DNA of 64,000 bases from Candidatus Latescibacterota bacterium (GTDB lineage: Bacteria > Latescibacterota > UBA2968): the NCBI GenBank assembly GCA_965222605.1, contig OZ244960.1:4064001-4128000 (forward strand), read 5' to 3'. Below are positions 36,003 to 45,907 of the stretch, one piece after another. Position numbers and translations under genes: made by a program. The notes beneath the pieces were generated by a model that had not been told where the DNA came from, searched no databases, and saw only the letters and a program-made list of their open reading frames with translations. Position 1 is the first letter of the stretch, and every line of letters begins with the position of its first letter.

Positions 36003-36263
36003 ATGCTTACTTCTCCAGATAAAAAAACAGTTATCGCAACAAGCGTCCGTTTTGACAATGACCTTCTGTATGTCGCATTAAGCGATGGGCGCGAAATGAG
36101 TCTGCGGTTGGACAATATTCATTGGTTAGATTGGTTATACAGGGCAACCGATGAACAACGTGCCGACTGGTCAATAGAACCGGGCGGTTTTGCTATTTAT
36201 TGGGAAGATTTAGATGATGGCATTGAACTTTGCCATCTCTTGAGCCTTGAATCCCTTTTTTGA
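36003..36263 (+). CDS. DUF2442 family protein
   Basis: LYVALSDGRE, L..AT.EQR..W, GFAIYWEDLDDGI. Confidence 0.85.
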   Translation: MLTSPDKKTVIATSVRFDNDLLYVALSDGREMSLRLDNIHWLDWLYRATDEQRADWSIEPGGFAIYWEDLDDGIELCHLLSLESLF

Positions 36264-36275
36264 GCTATTCGGCAA

Positions 36276-37271
36276 TCATTTGGGCGAACTTACTGGTGCT
36301 TCTACTTTGCGACCTGTGCGGGCAGATTCATGGGCGGCGAGAGAAATCGCAATGGTGCGTCGGCCATCGAGGCCATTGGACTGCGGTTGCTCGCCTGTGC
36401 GGATGCACTGCAAAAAATAAATCATTTCTTCCAGCAAGCCGTTGTTCCGCTCAAATGTCATGTGTTCGGGTTTTTCGCCCATCCGGTTGAGTGTGAGTTG
36501 CGCGCCTGTTCCACTGGTGATTTTTACCGAACCTTCAGTGCCCGCCACGCCCAGTTCGTAGCTTCCGCCTGGATAAATTCGGCTGCTGCTCAAAGATCCG
36601 ATCGCGCCTGAGCTGAATTCCAAATTGATAAAAATACTTTCCTCTACAGTATTATCTGATTCATCGCCATATCGCATTGCGGCTTGAACAGCGCGCACTT
36701 CGCCCGCCATCCAGGTCAGTTGATCCAGTTCGTGGCTGTGCATTGAAAAAAGCCCGCCGTATCTCTCCCTATCCAACTGCCATCCCGCCACGCCCCCAGG
36801 CGCTCCTGTGCCCAAACGCACGGCATGCGCCATACGCACTTCGCCAATTCGTCCTTCTTTGATCAACCGTTTCATTTCGCGGTAGGCATTTTGAAATCGC
36901 CGCACGTACCCGATCATCAAAAAAACACCCGCGTTATCAGCCGCTTCAATCATCGCGTCACAATCTTCAACCGTGAGTGCCATTGGTTTTTCGCAAAAGA
37001 CATGCGCGCCCGCTGTGGCGGCATCGACTGTGATGGGACTGTGTACAAAATTGGGGGTTACTACCAGTACGGCGTCTGGGGATTGCGCTGATAACATGGT
37101 TCGGTGGTCGTCGTAAACAGCCGGCTGGGATGTGAGTTTGTCGGCTAAAGCCTTTGCCGAAGCGAGTTCATAATCGCAAACCGCCACCAGTTCTGCGCCT
37201 TCTATGCTCTCTACATGGGCGGCGTGTCGCGATCCCAGTCCTCCACAGCCGACGAGTCCTATTTTGAGCAT
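36276..37271 (-). CDS. Gfo/Idh/MocA oxidoreductase
   Basis: GCGGLG, HVFCEKP, HELD. Confidence 0.93.
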   Translation of the reverse strand: MLKIGLVGCGGLGSRHAAHVESIEGAELVAVCDYELASAKALADKLTSQPAVYDDHRTMLSAQSPDAVLVVTPNFVHSPITVDAATAGAHVFCEKPMALTVEDCDAMIEAADNAGVFLMIGYVRRFQNAYREMKRLIKEGRIGEVRMAHAVRLGTGAPGGVAGWQLDRERYGGLFSMHSHELDQLTWMAGEVRAVQAAMRYGDESDNTVEESIFINLEFSSGAIGSLSSSRIYPGGSYELGVAGTEGSVKITSGTGAQLTLNRMGEKPEHMTFERNNGLLEEMIYFLQCIRTGEQPQSNGLDGRRTIAISLAAHESARTGRKVEAPVSSPK

Positions 37272-37290
37272 TTGGTCTTCTCCCGATTTT

Positions 37291-38304
37291 CTATCTCAGG
37301 TGAATGGGTGTACCCCGATCTCGCGCGGATGCTTCAGCGGCAAAGCAGGCCTGATGGGTATTGACCGCTACGGATAGATTATCGTGGGATTCCGCGTCGG
37401 TCGAGATACAGTCGATGAAATGGTCAATCATTTCCTGGAAAGGATGGTGTGATACTGCGCCGCTGTCTGGCAATACGGTTGGAATTTCAGCCAGATCCCG
37501 TTGTCCTACGATTTGTTTTGTATAGAACCGATTGTTGCGGATTACGCCTTCGTCGCCGAATACTTCCAGGTTGAATACATAAGGCATGAAAAATTCGGTT
37601 GATCCCGAAATTTTTCCCGCGGTACCGCGTTCAAACTGAACCGCGGCCGCGGTTGTTGCGAGATATGTTTCGGGATGAGTGGAATTGCGAGCAGAGACTC
37701 CAGACACCTGAACGATGGGGTCATTATCCAGCACATATCGCGCTGCATCCATTGCATGGCATCCCCCGTGTACAATAGCCCCGGCAGTCATGGGATTCCA
37801 CCGGGGTCGTCCAAATTGTTTGGGACGCTGATGGGTTGGCCCGTGCCAGTAATCGGCCTGTACGAGAAGAGGCTGTCCGACCCATCCCTTTTCAATGGCG
37901 TGTTTGATGGACAGCACCATCGGGTTCCACCGCAGGACAAAGCTCACGACGGTTTTTACCCCGGCTTTTTGAACCGCTGCATCCATGGCGTGAAGTTCGT
38001 CTGGATTCAGGGCCACTGGTTTTTCGATCAGAATGTGTTTGCCGGCCTCGGCTGCTGCGATGGTTTCCGCTGCGTGCAAATCCGGGGGGGTGCAAATCGA
38101 TACGAGGTCCACGCCTGGATGGGCGAGCATGCGGTCGTAGGAGTCGAATAATTCACAATCTATATCGCAGGCGATGGCCTTTTTTTGCGCGCCTTCCAAT
38201 GTGCGGCTGCCAATGGCTACGACCCGGGTATGGGGATTATTCTGATAGGCTTTGATATGTTCGGTAGATACATTTCCCGCGCCCTGAATTGCTACTCCAA
38301 TCAT
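37291..38304 (-). CDS. Gfo/Idh/MocA oxidoreductase
   Basis: GAGNVS, KHILIEKP, CHAMD. Confidence 0.92.
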   Translation of the reverse strand: MIGVAIQGAGNVSTEHIKAYQNNPHTRVVAIGSRTLEGAQKKAIACDIDCELFDSYDRMLAHPGVDLVSICTPPDLHAAETIAAAEAGKHILIEKPVALNPDELHAMDAAVQKAGVKTVVSFVLRWNPMVLSIKHAIEKGWVGQPLLVQADYWHGPTHQRPKQFGRPRWNPMTAGAIVHGGCHAMDAARYVLDNDPIVQVSGVSARNSTHPETYLATTAAAVQFERGTAGKISGSTEFFMPYVFNLEVFGDEGVIRNNRFYTKQIVGQRDLAEIPTVLPDSGAVSHHPFQEMIDHFIDCISTDAESHDNLSVAVNTHQACFAAEASARDRGTPIHLR

Positions 38305-38317
38305 CTCAAATTCCTTT

Positions 38318-40282
38318 TTAATAATTGTGTACATTGTGCCCGCGTGCGGGGAACCACACGCAATCGATGGCGAAGACCAGAGCCGTGCTCACAGCCTGGG
38401 CGACGATCAATCCGATAAAAAAGGGCTTGCCGCGTTCGTAGAGATCCACGCCGCCTATTCTCATCAGCAGCGATTTGATTGCCCAGACGATCAGAATTGA
38501 AAATACGACCTTTGTCACGCCGTAGTTGCCCTGTATGGCCAGGCCAATGGGATGCAGGGGCCACCAGGGGAGCCAATAGCGCGCCAGCGTGAACGCGGCC
38601 ATAGCTGCCGCACCGATTAAAGCCCATATTGCCAACCCGCCTTTGCCACCCATTGGAATTGGGTTGCGGATGGAGTTGATCGCATTGTCAAATGCGCCCG
38701 GCGCGGCTTTTTTGAGTCCCATGTTGCCCAGGTTGTACGCGCCATAAGCGTATCCCAAATACAGTGTGTTGGCGATGGAAACCACATAGCCCAGGATGAG
38801 TGATACCCCAATCATCATGGCAATCTGTCTGGGTTTTACCACGCGATCTACGGCTTTGACGGATTGTGTCATCGCGGGCATGACATAGCCTTTGCCAGCA
38901 CTGTTAAATATGCGCATAAACGATAAGATTGTGACACTTTGACCGCTGATTGTTGGCGTGCCCCAAATTTGCAACACGGCGTCAAAAGGCTGTACCTGAT
39001 AGTACACATATACCAGGCCGAGTTCGGCAATCACGCGGGAAAGCCCCAGAAATGTCAACAGGGCAATTGGCAAAAATGTGAGAATGACGAATAGTGCCAT
39101 ACCCGCAGCGTATAACCACGCAGCGACAAATGATAGGGAGACAGCCAGGCCGATCACAGCCGTGCGATACGACAACAATTCGTCGCTGTCATCGACATCG
39201 CAACCTGGATGCATGGCTTTTCGCCAGACATCCAGGAGGTGTGCGCGGCCCATCCACAGGCTCCAAATCGCCAGAAAAATGAGCGCCCCCCCGCTTTGCC
39301 AACCCAGTGCGGGACTTTGCCACTGTCGGTCTGCTGCGCCCGGCGTGTACCCAAATTTATTGAATAAAAAGACCTCAGAGCCAGATAAAAACACCCATAC
39401 CCAAACGCTGAACAGCACGTCCAATCGCGCAAAATAACCAAAACCTACTGCGTAAAAACTGACTCTGCGAATTAAAAAAGGAAAGTCTGGGTAGAACCGA
39501 AACTGCCCGCCTTCAAACGGAATGTGCGGAAAAATCGGTGTGAAGTACGACCCGATGTTCCAGACTTTTAGCAGCATCACGAGTCCAAACGCGATCCAGA
39601 ACAGAGGCGACGAAAAAACCTGGGATAGCCTGCCTCCTTTTTGGGTCTCGGTCAATAGTGTGCCCACTTCTACGATGGGATAGGTCAGGCGTTCGTGATC
39701 GACCCACTGTCGGCGCAACATGACGACCACACAAAAAACGGCAAATGCGACTGCGCCGAGGAAGCAGGTCCACCAGAAAAGCGGGGTTACCCACGCGCCG
39801 AGTGCGGGAACATGGCCTGCGGGCGTGCCCTCGAAGAACCAGTTCATGGCGCCCGTATCATTTTGCGGTGCCAACCAGGTTGGGATATTGTGGTGGAGAT
39901 AAAAATTCCATCCATTTTCTGGTGTTGCAAAATAATACACCCCGGCCAAAACACCGATGAGATGCCCCGTAACGCCGTCATAAGGCACAATTGCGGCAAC
40001 GAGTCCCATTCCCAAAACCACGCGCAATTCTGGTGGTGTGAGCACGAGAGAAGGCAAAAACCGGCGCGCGATGATGTTCAATACGGCCAGGGACAAGAAT
40101 GGAAAGAGCAGAGCGAGAGGGAAATGGCTGCGGCTGATATTGGAGCCGCTCATGTAGTAGGCCATCCACTCGTCCCACAAGACGGTTATTATGATGATTA
40201 CAACGGCCACAAAAATGGCCCGGGGCGTTACGGCGCGCTCGCTTTGAACCTCAGTTGTCCGATATGTGGATGCTTCTGCCAT
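38318..40282 (-). CDS. DUF6785/DUF6784-type polytopic membrane protein (putative transporter)
   Basis: LRRQWVDHERLTYP, WWPLHPIG and GG..LY.R..PFFIGL motifs; many TM helices. Confidence 0.8.
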   Translation of the reverse strand: MAEASTYRTTEVQSERAVTPRAIFVAVVIIIITVLWDEWMAYYMSGSNISRSHFPLALLFPFLSLAVLNIIARRFLPSLVLTPPELRVVLGMGLVAAIVPYDGVTGHLIGVLAGVYYFATPENGWNFYLHHNIPTWLAPQNDTGAMNWFFEGTPAGHVPALGAWVTPLFWWTCFLGAVAFAVFCVVVMLRRQWVDHERLTYPIVEVGTLLTETQKGGRLSQVFSSPLFWIAFGLVMLLKVWNIGSYFTPIFPHIPFEGGQFRFYPDFPFLIRRVSFYAVGFGYFARLDVLFSVWVWVFLSGSEVFLFNKFGYTPGAADRQWQSPALGWQSGGALIFLAIWSLWMGRAHLLDVWRKAMHPGCDVDDSDELLSYRTAVIGLAVSLSFVAAWLYAAGMALFVILTFLPIALLTFLGLSRVIAELGLVYVYYQVQPFDAVLQIWGTPTISGQSVTILSFMRIFNSAGKGYVMPAMTQSVKAVDRVVKPRQIAMMIGVSLILGYVVSIANTLYLGYAYGAYNLGNMGLKKAAPGAFDNAINSIRNPIPMGGKGGLAIWALIGAAAMAAFTLARYWLPWWPLHPIGLAIQGNYGVTKVVFSILIVWAIKSLLMRIGGVDLYERGKPFFIGLIVAQAVSTALVFAIDCVWFPARGHNVHNY

Positions 40283-40283
40283 C

Positions 40284-42179
40284 TTATTTTATATGCCAAT
40301 CGGGGTCTTCGAGGGCTTCGTAAACCACGCCGCCTTCGACCTGCATCGGCATGGGCACACCGGTGAGATAACAAATTGTGGGCGCGACATCGATTGAGCG
40401 CACTTGTTTTGTGAGCAAGCCTGTCTGCTTAATTCCCGCGCCTGCAATCACAAATGTCGAATGTTGTCCGCCCATGCCAAAGCTCACCGAGGGCAATTGC
40501 TTGCCGTGTGCGCCGTCAAATTCGGGATGTAGTGCATAGACCACATCGCCGACCAGATCGCTCCACAAATTGACCATTTCGGCATTTTCGCGGGTCAGGG
40601 CCAGCGCGAATGGATGGCGTCCAGTGGCTTTGTCTTTGTATTCCATAAGTGCGGCAATCAGCTCTCGGCGCACGGTTTCGCAATCGTCCTGCGAAACAAT
40701 CCCGTCGGGTTCGCGTCCTTCCAGATTGATGAAGATATGCACCAATCCCACGTCGCATGCGCGCGTTTTGCTCCAGTCGATTTGTCCATTTTCATGGTAT
40801 TTCACGAATCCCGTTTCTGTGAGGACCTTGCGGATGTTGACTGAGGGGAATTGATTGGAGGTGCCGCCGTGATCGGCCACGACTGCGACGACGGTATCTT
40901 CATCGGCAATATCGTCAACGATGCGCCCGATCAGGCGATCAATTGACTGATAGGTGCGGAAGACGCCTTCGCGCGATCGCTCGAGGACCGATTGCTCGGC
41001 ACCGCTTGTGGGATCGGCCTGTCCCAGGAAGAAGTGGCTCGTATAATCCGAAGCGTGCGTTTCGATCATCAGCAGATCCCATGTACGAGATCCCGTCAAG
41101 TATTGCGCGACATCGGCCAGTCGCTGGTGGTGGAACTCCAGCAATTCAAAATACGTGTCATCGTCGATTTTACCCAGGGCATCGCGGGCGGGATTTTGCA
41201 AGAAGTTCCCGACGTTTTCGTCGATTTCTCGCGCGATTGACGCCGGTTTGGTATAGCCGTCGGAAGGCCAGATTTGCGGCACAAATAGCTCGAACATATC
41301 GGCATTTTCGGTCAGCGCGATCAGCTTCATCTGCACGTAGCCGCTCACCTGCTCGCCGTCAATTTCAAATGTATCGAGCCACCAGTCGCTCCATTCGCCC
41401 ACGCCGAGGTCACACACTTTTGAACCTCCATCGCGCGCGCGGCATACGCACACGCGGTCATATCCTTGCGCGGTTGTCGCGTAGATCAAACCGTAAAATG
41501 GTTTGGGCGTGCCTTTCTTTCCCCGGTTCATGGGTTCGCGCCCGCGTGCCAAAGGCGCGATCACCATTTCGACCTCGAGAGGCGGCTTTTCGGAATCGGG
41601 CAGTGCTGTCCATCCATCTGCCGCTTTGAGGGTGACGGGATCAAATTCCGAAACGGTTTGCAGGGCACTTGGGTCCAGTGTTTCGGGGTCGCGCTGTACG
41701 ACCAATCGCCGCGGTGCCCACTTACCTCCTACAAATAAGTGATAGCCCGCGACCTGATGGTGATTGGATACACCGGGTCCCGTGCCTTCCACCTGGATTC
41801 CAGTCGTCACGGTGGGCGGCCACGACATTTCCCATTTGACCAGAATCGGCGTTTTGCCCGCTCGCTCAAACGTATTCCAGATATACTCGGATTTGGACAG
41901 CCCCGTATTGATGCCCCAGACGGTCTGATCCAGTCGCTTGCCCAGGGCGCGGATGTTAAAATCCATCACTTCGTGGTTGCCCGGCCATGACCCCGTGGCT
42001 ACGGCAGTCCATCCCGGCGGCGTGAGGGTGGGAAATACGCCAATCATGGGGCGCCATGCCCCGCGCTCGATAAGCTTTGCCACATTGGGCATGTGCCCCC
42101 AGTCGGCCATATTTTTGACAATTTCCATGCTCGCCCCATCCATCCCAATGACAATTGCCTTCTTTGCTGGACTTTCCAT
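40284..42179 (-). CDS. Alkaline phosphatase superfamily (nucleotide pyrophosphatase/phosphodiesterase-like) protein
   Basis: IGMDGA, PTLTPPGW, ADHG, IDVAPTI; GAGGAG RBS. Confidence 0.88.
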   Translation of the reverse strand: MESPAKKAIVIGMDGASMEIVKNMADWGHMPNVAKLIERGAWRPMIGVFPTLTPPGWTAVATGSWPGNHEVMDFNIRALGKRLDQTVWGINTGLSKSEYIWNTFERAGKTPILVKWEMSWPPTVTTGIQVEGTGPGVSNHHQVAGYHLFVGGKWAPRRLVVQRDPETLDPSALQTVSEFDPVTLKAADGWTALPDSEKPPLEVEMVIAPLARGREPMNRGKKGTPKPFYGLIYATTAQGYDRVCVCRARDGGSKVCDLGVGEWSDWWLDTFEIDGEQVSGYVQMKLIALTENADMFELFVPQIWPSDGYTKPASIAREIDENVGNFLQNPARDALGKIDDDTYFELLEFHHQRLADVAQYLTGSRTWDLLMIETHASDYTSHFFLGQADPTSGAEQSVLERSREGVFRTYQSIDRLIGRIVDDIADEDTVVAVVADHGGTSNQFPSVNIRKVLTETGFVKYHENGQIDWSKTRACDVGLVHIFINLEGREPDGIVSQDDCETVRRELIAALMEYKDKATGRHPFALALTRENAEMVNLWSDLVGDVVYALHPEFDGAHGKQLPSVSFGMGGQHSTFVIAGAGIKQTGLLTKQVRSIDVAPTICYLTGVPMPMQVEGGVVYEALEDPDWHIK

Positions 42180-42189
42180 ATACTCCTCC

Positions 42190-43494
42190 TCAAAGTGATT
42201 GAAGAACGTCTCGCGTTTTTGAGAGCGTCTCATCTATATCCGTTTGTGAATGTGCAAACGAGATACTGCCTTGCTTTGTTGCCAGTGGAAAGTGATATAT
42301 GCCCTTTTCAATCAATGCGCGGCGATACCGCTCGTCAAGCGTGAAATCGTGGTGTTCGGCAATATCGTGCCAATCGACGGGCGCGTGGTTCATAAAATAA
42401 ACGCAAAAAGCCGATCCCTGTCGCACAATTGTCACTTCTATTCCGGTCTCTTCGAATAATGCCGTCAATTCCGTTTCCAATTGTTCGCCCACCGCGTAAA
42501 GTTGTTCAAAATCTGCCGATGCCAGTTTTTCCATTGTGGCAATGGCGCCCGCGCATGATATGGGATGGGCATTGTACGTTCCGGCGATCAATACGCGCTT
42601 TGCTGGATTTTCGTGGACAAAATAATCCATGAGCGACGCCCGCCCGCCAATCGCGCCGATGGGATAGCCATTGGCTATTGCTTTGCCAAATACGGACAGG
42701 TCTGGCATGATGCCACACACGCTTTGATAGCCTCCCATTACGTGGCGAAATCCCGTTTTTACTTCGTCAAATATTAGCACAACCCCTCGCGCATTGCACA
42801 AATCTCGCAATTCCTGTAAATAGCCCGCTTGCGGATGTACGATGCCGATATTTTGCAAAATTGGCTCGAGAATCAGCGCGGCAATATCGTACTGTTCCAT
42901 TGCCCAGCGCACGGAGTTGAGGTCGTTAAAATTTACCACATGTATATCGTCTAACACGCTATCGGGCACGCCGGCAGAGAGCGGTATTTTTTTGTATTCA
43001 CCGGGTGAGACCCGCGGACCAATCGCATCTATCGGCGTCATCACATTCAATGCCACATCATTGTGCCAGCCGTTATACCCCCCTTGCATTACAATGACGC
43101 CGTTGCGTCCCGTGTGCGCCCGCGCGATGCGAATGGCGTGATAGGTGGCTTCTGATCCCGTATTTGTGAGCATTACCTTTTCGACGGAAGGTACGTGTTT
43201 TACAATCAATGCGGCACAATGCCCTTCCCACGGATTGGTGCCCGATCCCATTAGTGTTGTGCCGTCGGCAAGTACTTTTGCCACTGCCGCGTTCACATCC
43301 GGGTCGTTATGTCCCAGAATAAATGGCGCGAATGCCGCGTGATAGTCGATGTATTCATTGCCGTCTGCATCCCACACATGGCTGCCCTGCCCCCGTACAA
43401 AGGCAATTTCCGGCTCGACGGCGCGGTTGACTGATACCACGCCTCCGGGGATGACTTTGCGGTTTTTTTGGAAAATTGTTTTGGAAGACCACAT
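42190..43494 (-). CDS. Class III PLP aminotransferase (glutamate-1-semialdehyde aminomutase-like)
   Basis: IPGGV.S..R, DGNEYID, GSEAT, FDEVKTGFR, GKAIANG. Confidence 0.9.
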   Translation of the reverse strand: MWSSKTIFQKNRKVIPGGVVSVNRAVEPEIAFVRGQGSHVWDADGNEYIDYHAAFAPFILGHNDPDVNAAVAKVLADGTTLMGSGTNPWEGHCAALIVKHVPSVEKVMLTNTGSEATYHAIRIARAHTGRNGVIVMQGGYNGWHNDVALNVMTPIDAIGPRVSPGEYKKIPLSAGVPDSVLDDIHVVNFNDLNSVRWAMEQYDIAALILEPILQNIGIVHPQAGYLQELRDLCNARGVVLIFDEVKTGFRHVMGGYQSVCGIMPDLSVFGKAIANGYPIGAIGGRASLMDYFVHENPAKRVLIAGTYNAHPISCAGAIATMEKLASADFEQLYAVGEQLETELTALFEETGIEVTIVRQGSAFCVYFMNHAPVDWHDIAEHHDFTLDERYRRALIEKGIYHFPLATKQGSISFAHSQTDIDETLSKTRDVLQSL

Positions 43495-43500
43495 AGCTTA

Positions 43501-44214
43501 TCACACTCCGCGTTTGTAATAATTTTCCCAGCGTTCAGCCGGTTCGTAACCCAAAATGCGTTTTGCTTTTTCCATGGTGTATTTCTGGTGTGCTGTCATG
43601 CTCACCATGTTGAATTCCTGATAATTATCCGGCACGGATTCGATATCCAGCGCGAGACAACACGCATGCGCCAGGTCTTTCCAGAATATGCGAAATGGGG
43701 GAAAGTCCTCGCCTTTGATCGGCTCACTCGGCTCTGGGCCCAGACCGTTGAATACAAAGCAAATCGTCTGTATATCGTAAATCCGCGCATAGGTGCGACA
43801 AATCTCGTAACTGAGCATTTTGGTCACGCCGTAATATCCGGTGCCGGGTGCGCGGGGGACATCGGTGATTTCAAAATCCTGATCGTAATAACTCCGCACC
43901 AGTTGCGGCCCCGTATGCACCACTTTTTTGATGCCCAGTTCGGCCGCGGCTTTCATGACATGTAATGCACCCAGTACATTGACGTGAAAGCTCAAGATGG
44001 GATCGGGACGATTTACTGTAAAATTCATCACCGCGTCCATGCCCTGCATGGCATCGCGCACCTGGTCGTAATGACGTATATCTACATATTCGATGGGCCT
44101 GCCATCGGGATAGGGATTTATATCGGTCAGTATGAGATCGCAATGCGATTCCATATCCGGTATAATATTAGGTGCAATCTGTCCCGAAGCACCCAGCAGA
44201 AGTACTTTTTTCAC
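43501..44214 (-). CDS. NAD-dependent epimerase/dehydrogenase (uronate dehydrogenase-like SDR)
   Basis: GASGQIA, YGVTK. Confidence 0.85.
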   Translation of the reverse strand: MKKVLLLGASGQIAPNIIPDMESHCDLILTDINPYPDGRPIEYVDIRHYDQVRDAMQGMDAVMNFTVNRPDPILSFHVNVLGALHVMKAAAELGIKKVVHTGPQLVRSYYDQDFEITDVPRAPGTGYYGVTKMLSYEICRTYARIYDIQTICFVFNGLGPEPSEPIKGEDFPPFRIFWKDLAHACCLALDIESVPDNYQEFNMVSMTAHQKYTMEKAKRILGYEPAERWENYYKRGV

Positions 44215-44978
44215 GCGCCACCTCCTTGCCAGATGGCTTCAAAATTGTGCTGCGGTTGAAAACCTCGCAACTGAGATCCACTAATTTGGCCGACCAGATA
44301 TTTTGGATTTGGAATGTCTGCACAAATGTGATGGAGGGCAAATCGCCTGTTCCACTTCAATTCGGACTGTGCATCGCGATTGAGAGATAGGCGAAATGCC
44401 CGCGCTGCATCGCGATAATCGACCCACATGAGGTCTGGTGCCTGTGCGGAAACGTCTTCTTCTGCAATCAGCTTGCCCAATCGCAATACTGTGACGGCCA
44501 CGGGAAAATCGCGCGCAAATTCGCGCGCTGTCATTTCGCCGAGATACCGCGTGAGCTGAAATTTGTCTGTCGATGGCATGGGCCGCCACATCTCGCTGAT
44601 ATATACGTCATCGGGATATGCTTCAAATATTTGGAGGGTGCTTCCATATACAAATCGCTTTATACCGGCATCTATACCGGCTTTAAATAAGACATGGGTG
44701 CCCCGCGTTGCCAGATCCAGCAGTTCTTGTTCGCAGGCGAGGTCGTCTTCGGACAGATTGGGCGGTGGCTCACCTGTGTGTATAATAGCCTGGATGTTTC
44801 GAACTGCTCGCCACGCCACGCCTGGGTCGCGCATGTCGCCTTCAAAATAGGTGATATTTTCACCGAGTTCAGAAGGCGGATCGTCCGCTCCCCAGAGTCG
44901 CAACCGGTTGCCCGGTGCTAATTCTCTGGCAATTGCCTGTCCCAAACGGCTCTCGGCTCCTGTTATCAGTATATTCAT
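44211..44978 (-). CDS. NAD-dependent epimerase/dehydratase family protein
   Basis: ITGAESRLG, GDMRD; FQLTR in place of YxxxK. Confidence 0.8.
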   Translation of the reverse strand: MNILITGAESRLGQAIARELAPGNRLRLWGADDPPSELGENITYFEGDMRDPGVAWRAVRNIQAIIHTGEPPPNLSEDDLACEQELLDLATRGTHVLFKAGIDAGIKRFVYGSTLQIFEAYPDDVYISEMWRPMPSTDKFQLTRYLGEMTAREFARDFPVAVTVLRLGKLIAEEDVSAQAPDLMWVDYRDAARAFRLSLNRDAQSELKWNRRFALHHICADIPNPKYLVGQISGSQLRGFQPQHNFEAIWQGGGA

Positions 44979-45080
44979 AAGTCGGCCTCCAGATCAAATT
45001 CCCAGCCAAATTGCTGGAATAAGTGCTGAATTGGACCGGGGATTGGCGCGAAAATAGTGAAAATCGGTACCAATTCCTGT

Positions 45081-45109
45081 AAAAAATAGGGCAGACCATG
45101 CGTCTGCCC
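45081..45109 (-). terminator. Rho-independent terminator after the FKBP gene
   Basis: Minus strand GGGCAGAC-GCATG-GTCTGCCC-TATTTTTT. Confidence 0.75.
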
Positions 45110-45134
45110 GTCAAGACTTCAGATTATATGTCCA

Positions 45135-45833
45135 TTATTTGATCTCGAGCAATTCCAATTCAAATACAAGCGTTGAATTGGGGCTAATTTGCCCGGCCTG
45201 TCGCGCGCCGTAGGCCAGATAGGATGGGATATAAAGTTCCCATTTCGATCCCGCGGGCATGAGTTGCAGGGCTTCTGTCCAGCCGGGAATGAGTTTATCT
45301 ACGCGAAATTGCGCCGGCTGCCCGCGATCATAAGAGCTGTCAAATTGCGTACCGTCGAGCAATGTCCCGCGGTAGTGGCATACTACTGCATCGGTTTTTT
45401 TTGGTTTCTGCCCATCACCGGCTTTGATCACTTTGTATTGCAAGCCGCTGTCCAATGTCATCACGCCTTCTTTTTTCATGTTTTCCGCGAGGAAAGCCTC
45501 GCCAGCTTTTTTGTTTTCTGCTGCCATTTTGTTTTTCTCCGCGAGTTGTTGTGCCCTTTGTTCTTCTTGTATCTCCATTAGAATTTTTAGTGCTTCGTCA
45601 GAGGAAAGCAGAGGGGATTCTCCGCTATAACCGTCTTTGAACCCCTGTACAAATACATCCACATCAATTGTCATGCCCAGTTGCTTTTTCAATTGATCGG
45701 AGAAATTTAAGCCCAGCGCATAACTCAGCTTGTGTTCCTTGTCTTCGAGGTTGACTTCTACAACTTCGGGTTTTTCTAGTGCCTGGCAACCCAATAAGCC
45801 AGCAGCAATGAATACTGCAAAAAGGCGCTTCAT
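45135..45833 (-). CDS. FKBP-type peptidyl-prolyl isomerase (Mip/FkpA-like lipoprotein)
   Basis: Lipobox LLGC; SYALG, SGLQY, HYRGTLLDG.QFDSSY, IPGWTEALQLM. Confidence 0.95.
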   Translation of the reverse strand: MKRLFAVFIAAGLLGCQALEKPEVVEVNLEDKEHKLSYALGLNFSDQLKKQLGMTIDVDVFVQGFKDGYSGESPLLSSDEALKILMEIQEEQRAQQLAEKNKMAAENKKAGEAFLAENMKKEGVMTLDSGLQYKVIKAGDGQKPKKTDAVVCHYRGTLLDGTQFDSSYDRGQPAQFRVDKLIPGWTEALQLMPAGSKWELYIPSYLAYGARQAGQISPNSTLVFELELLEIK

Positions 45834-45907
45834 AATTGCTCCTAAATAAACAGGTAAACGTCCGCCTGCAAGGTCTGTCCCAGCAGGTCTGTGAGGACGT
45901 GTACAGA

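Noticed and set aside
42190-43494. hemL assignment
   Set aside because: Family match only; catabolic context and no haem genes nearby, so no symbol is given
45858-45900. Riboswitch before the FKBP gene
   Set aside because: Only an imperfect hairpin (ACGTCC..GGACGT) with no recognisable aptamer consensus
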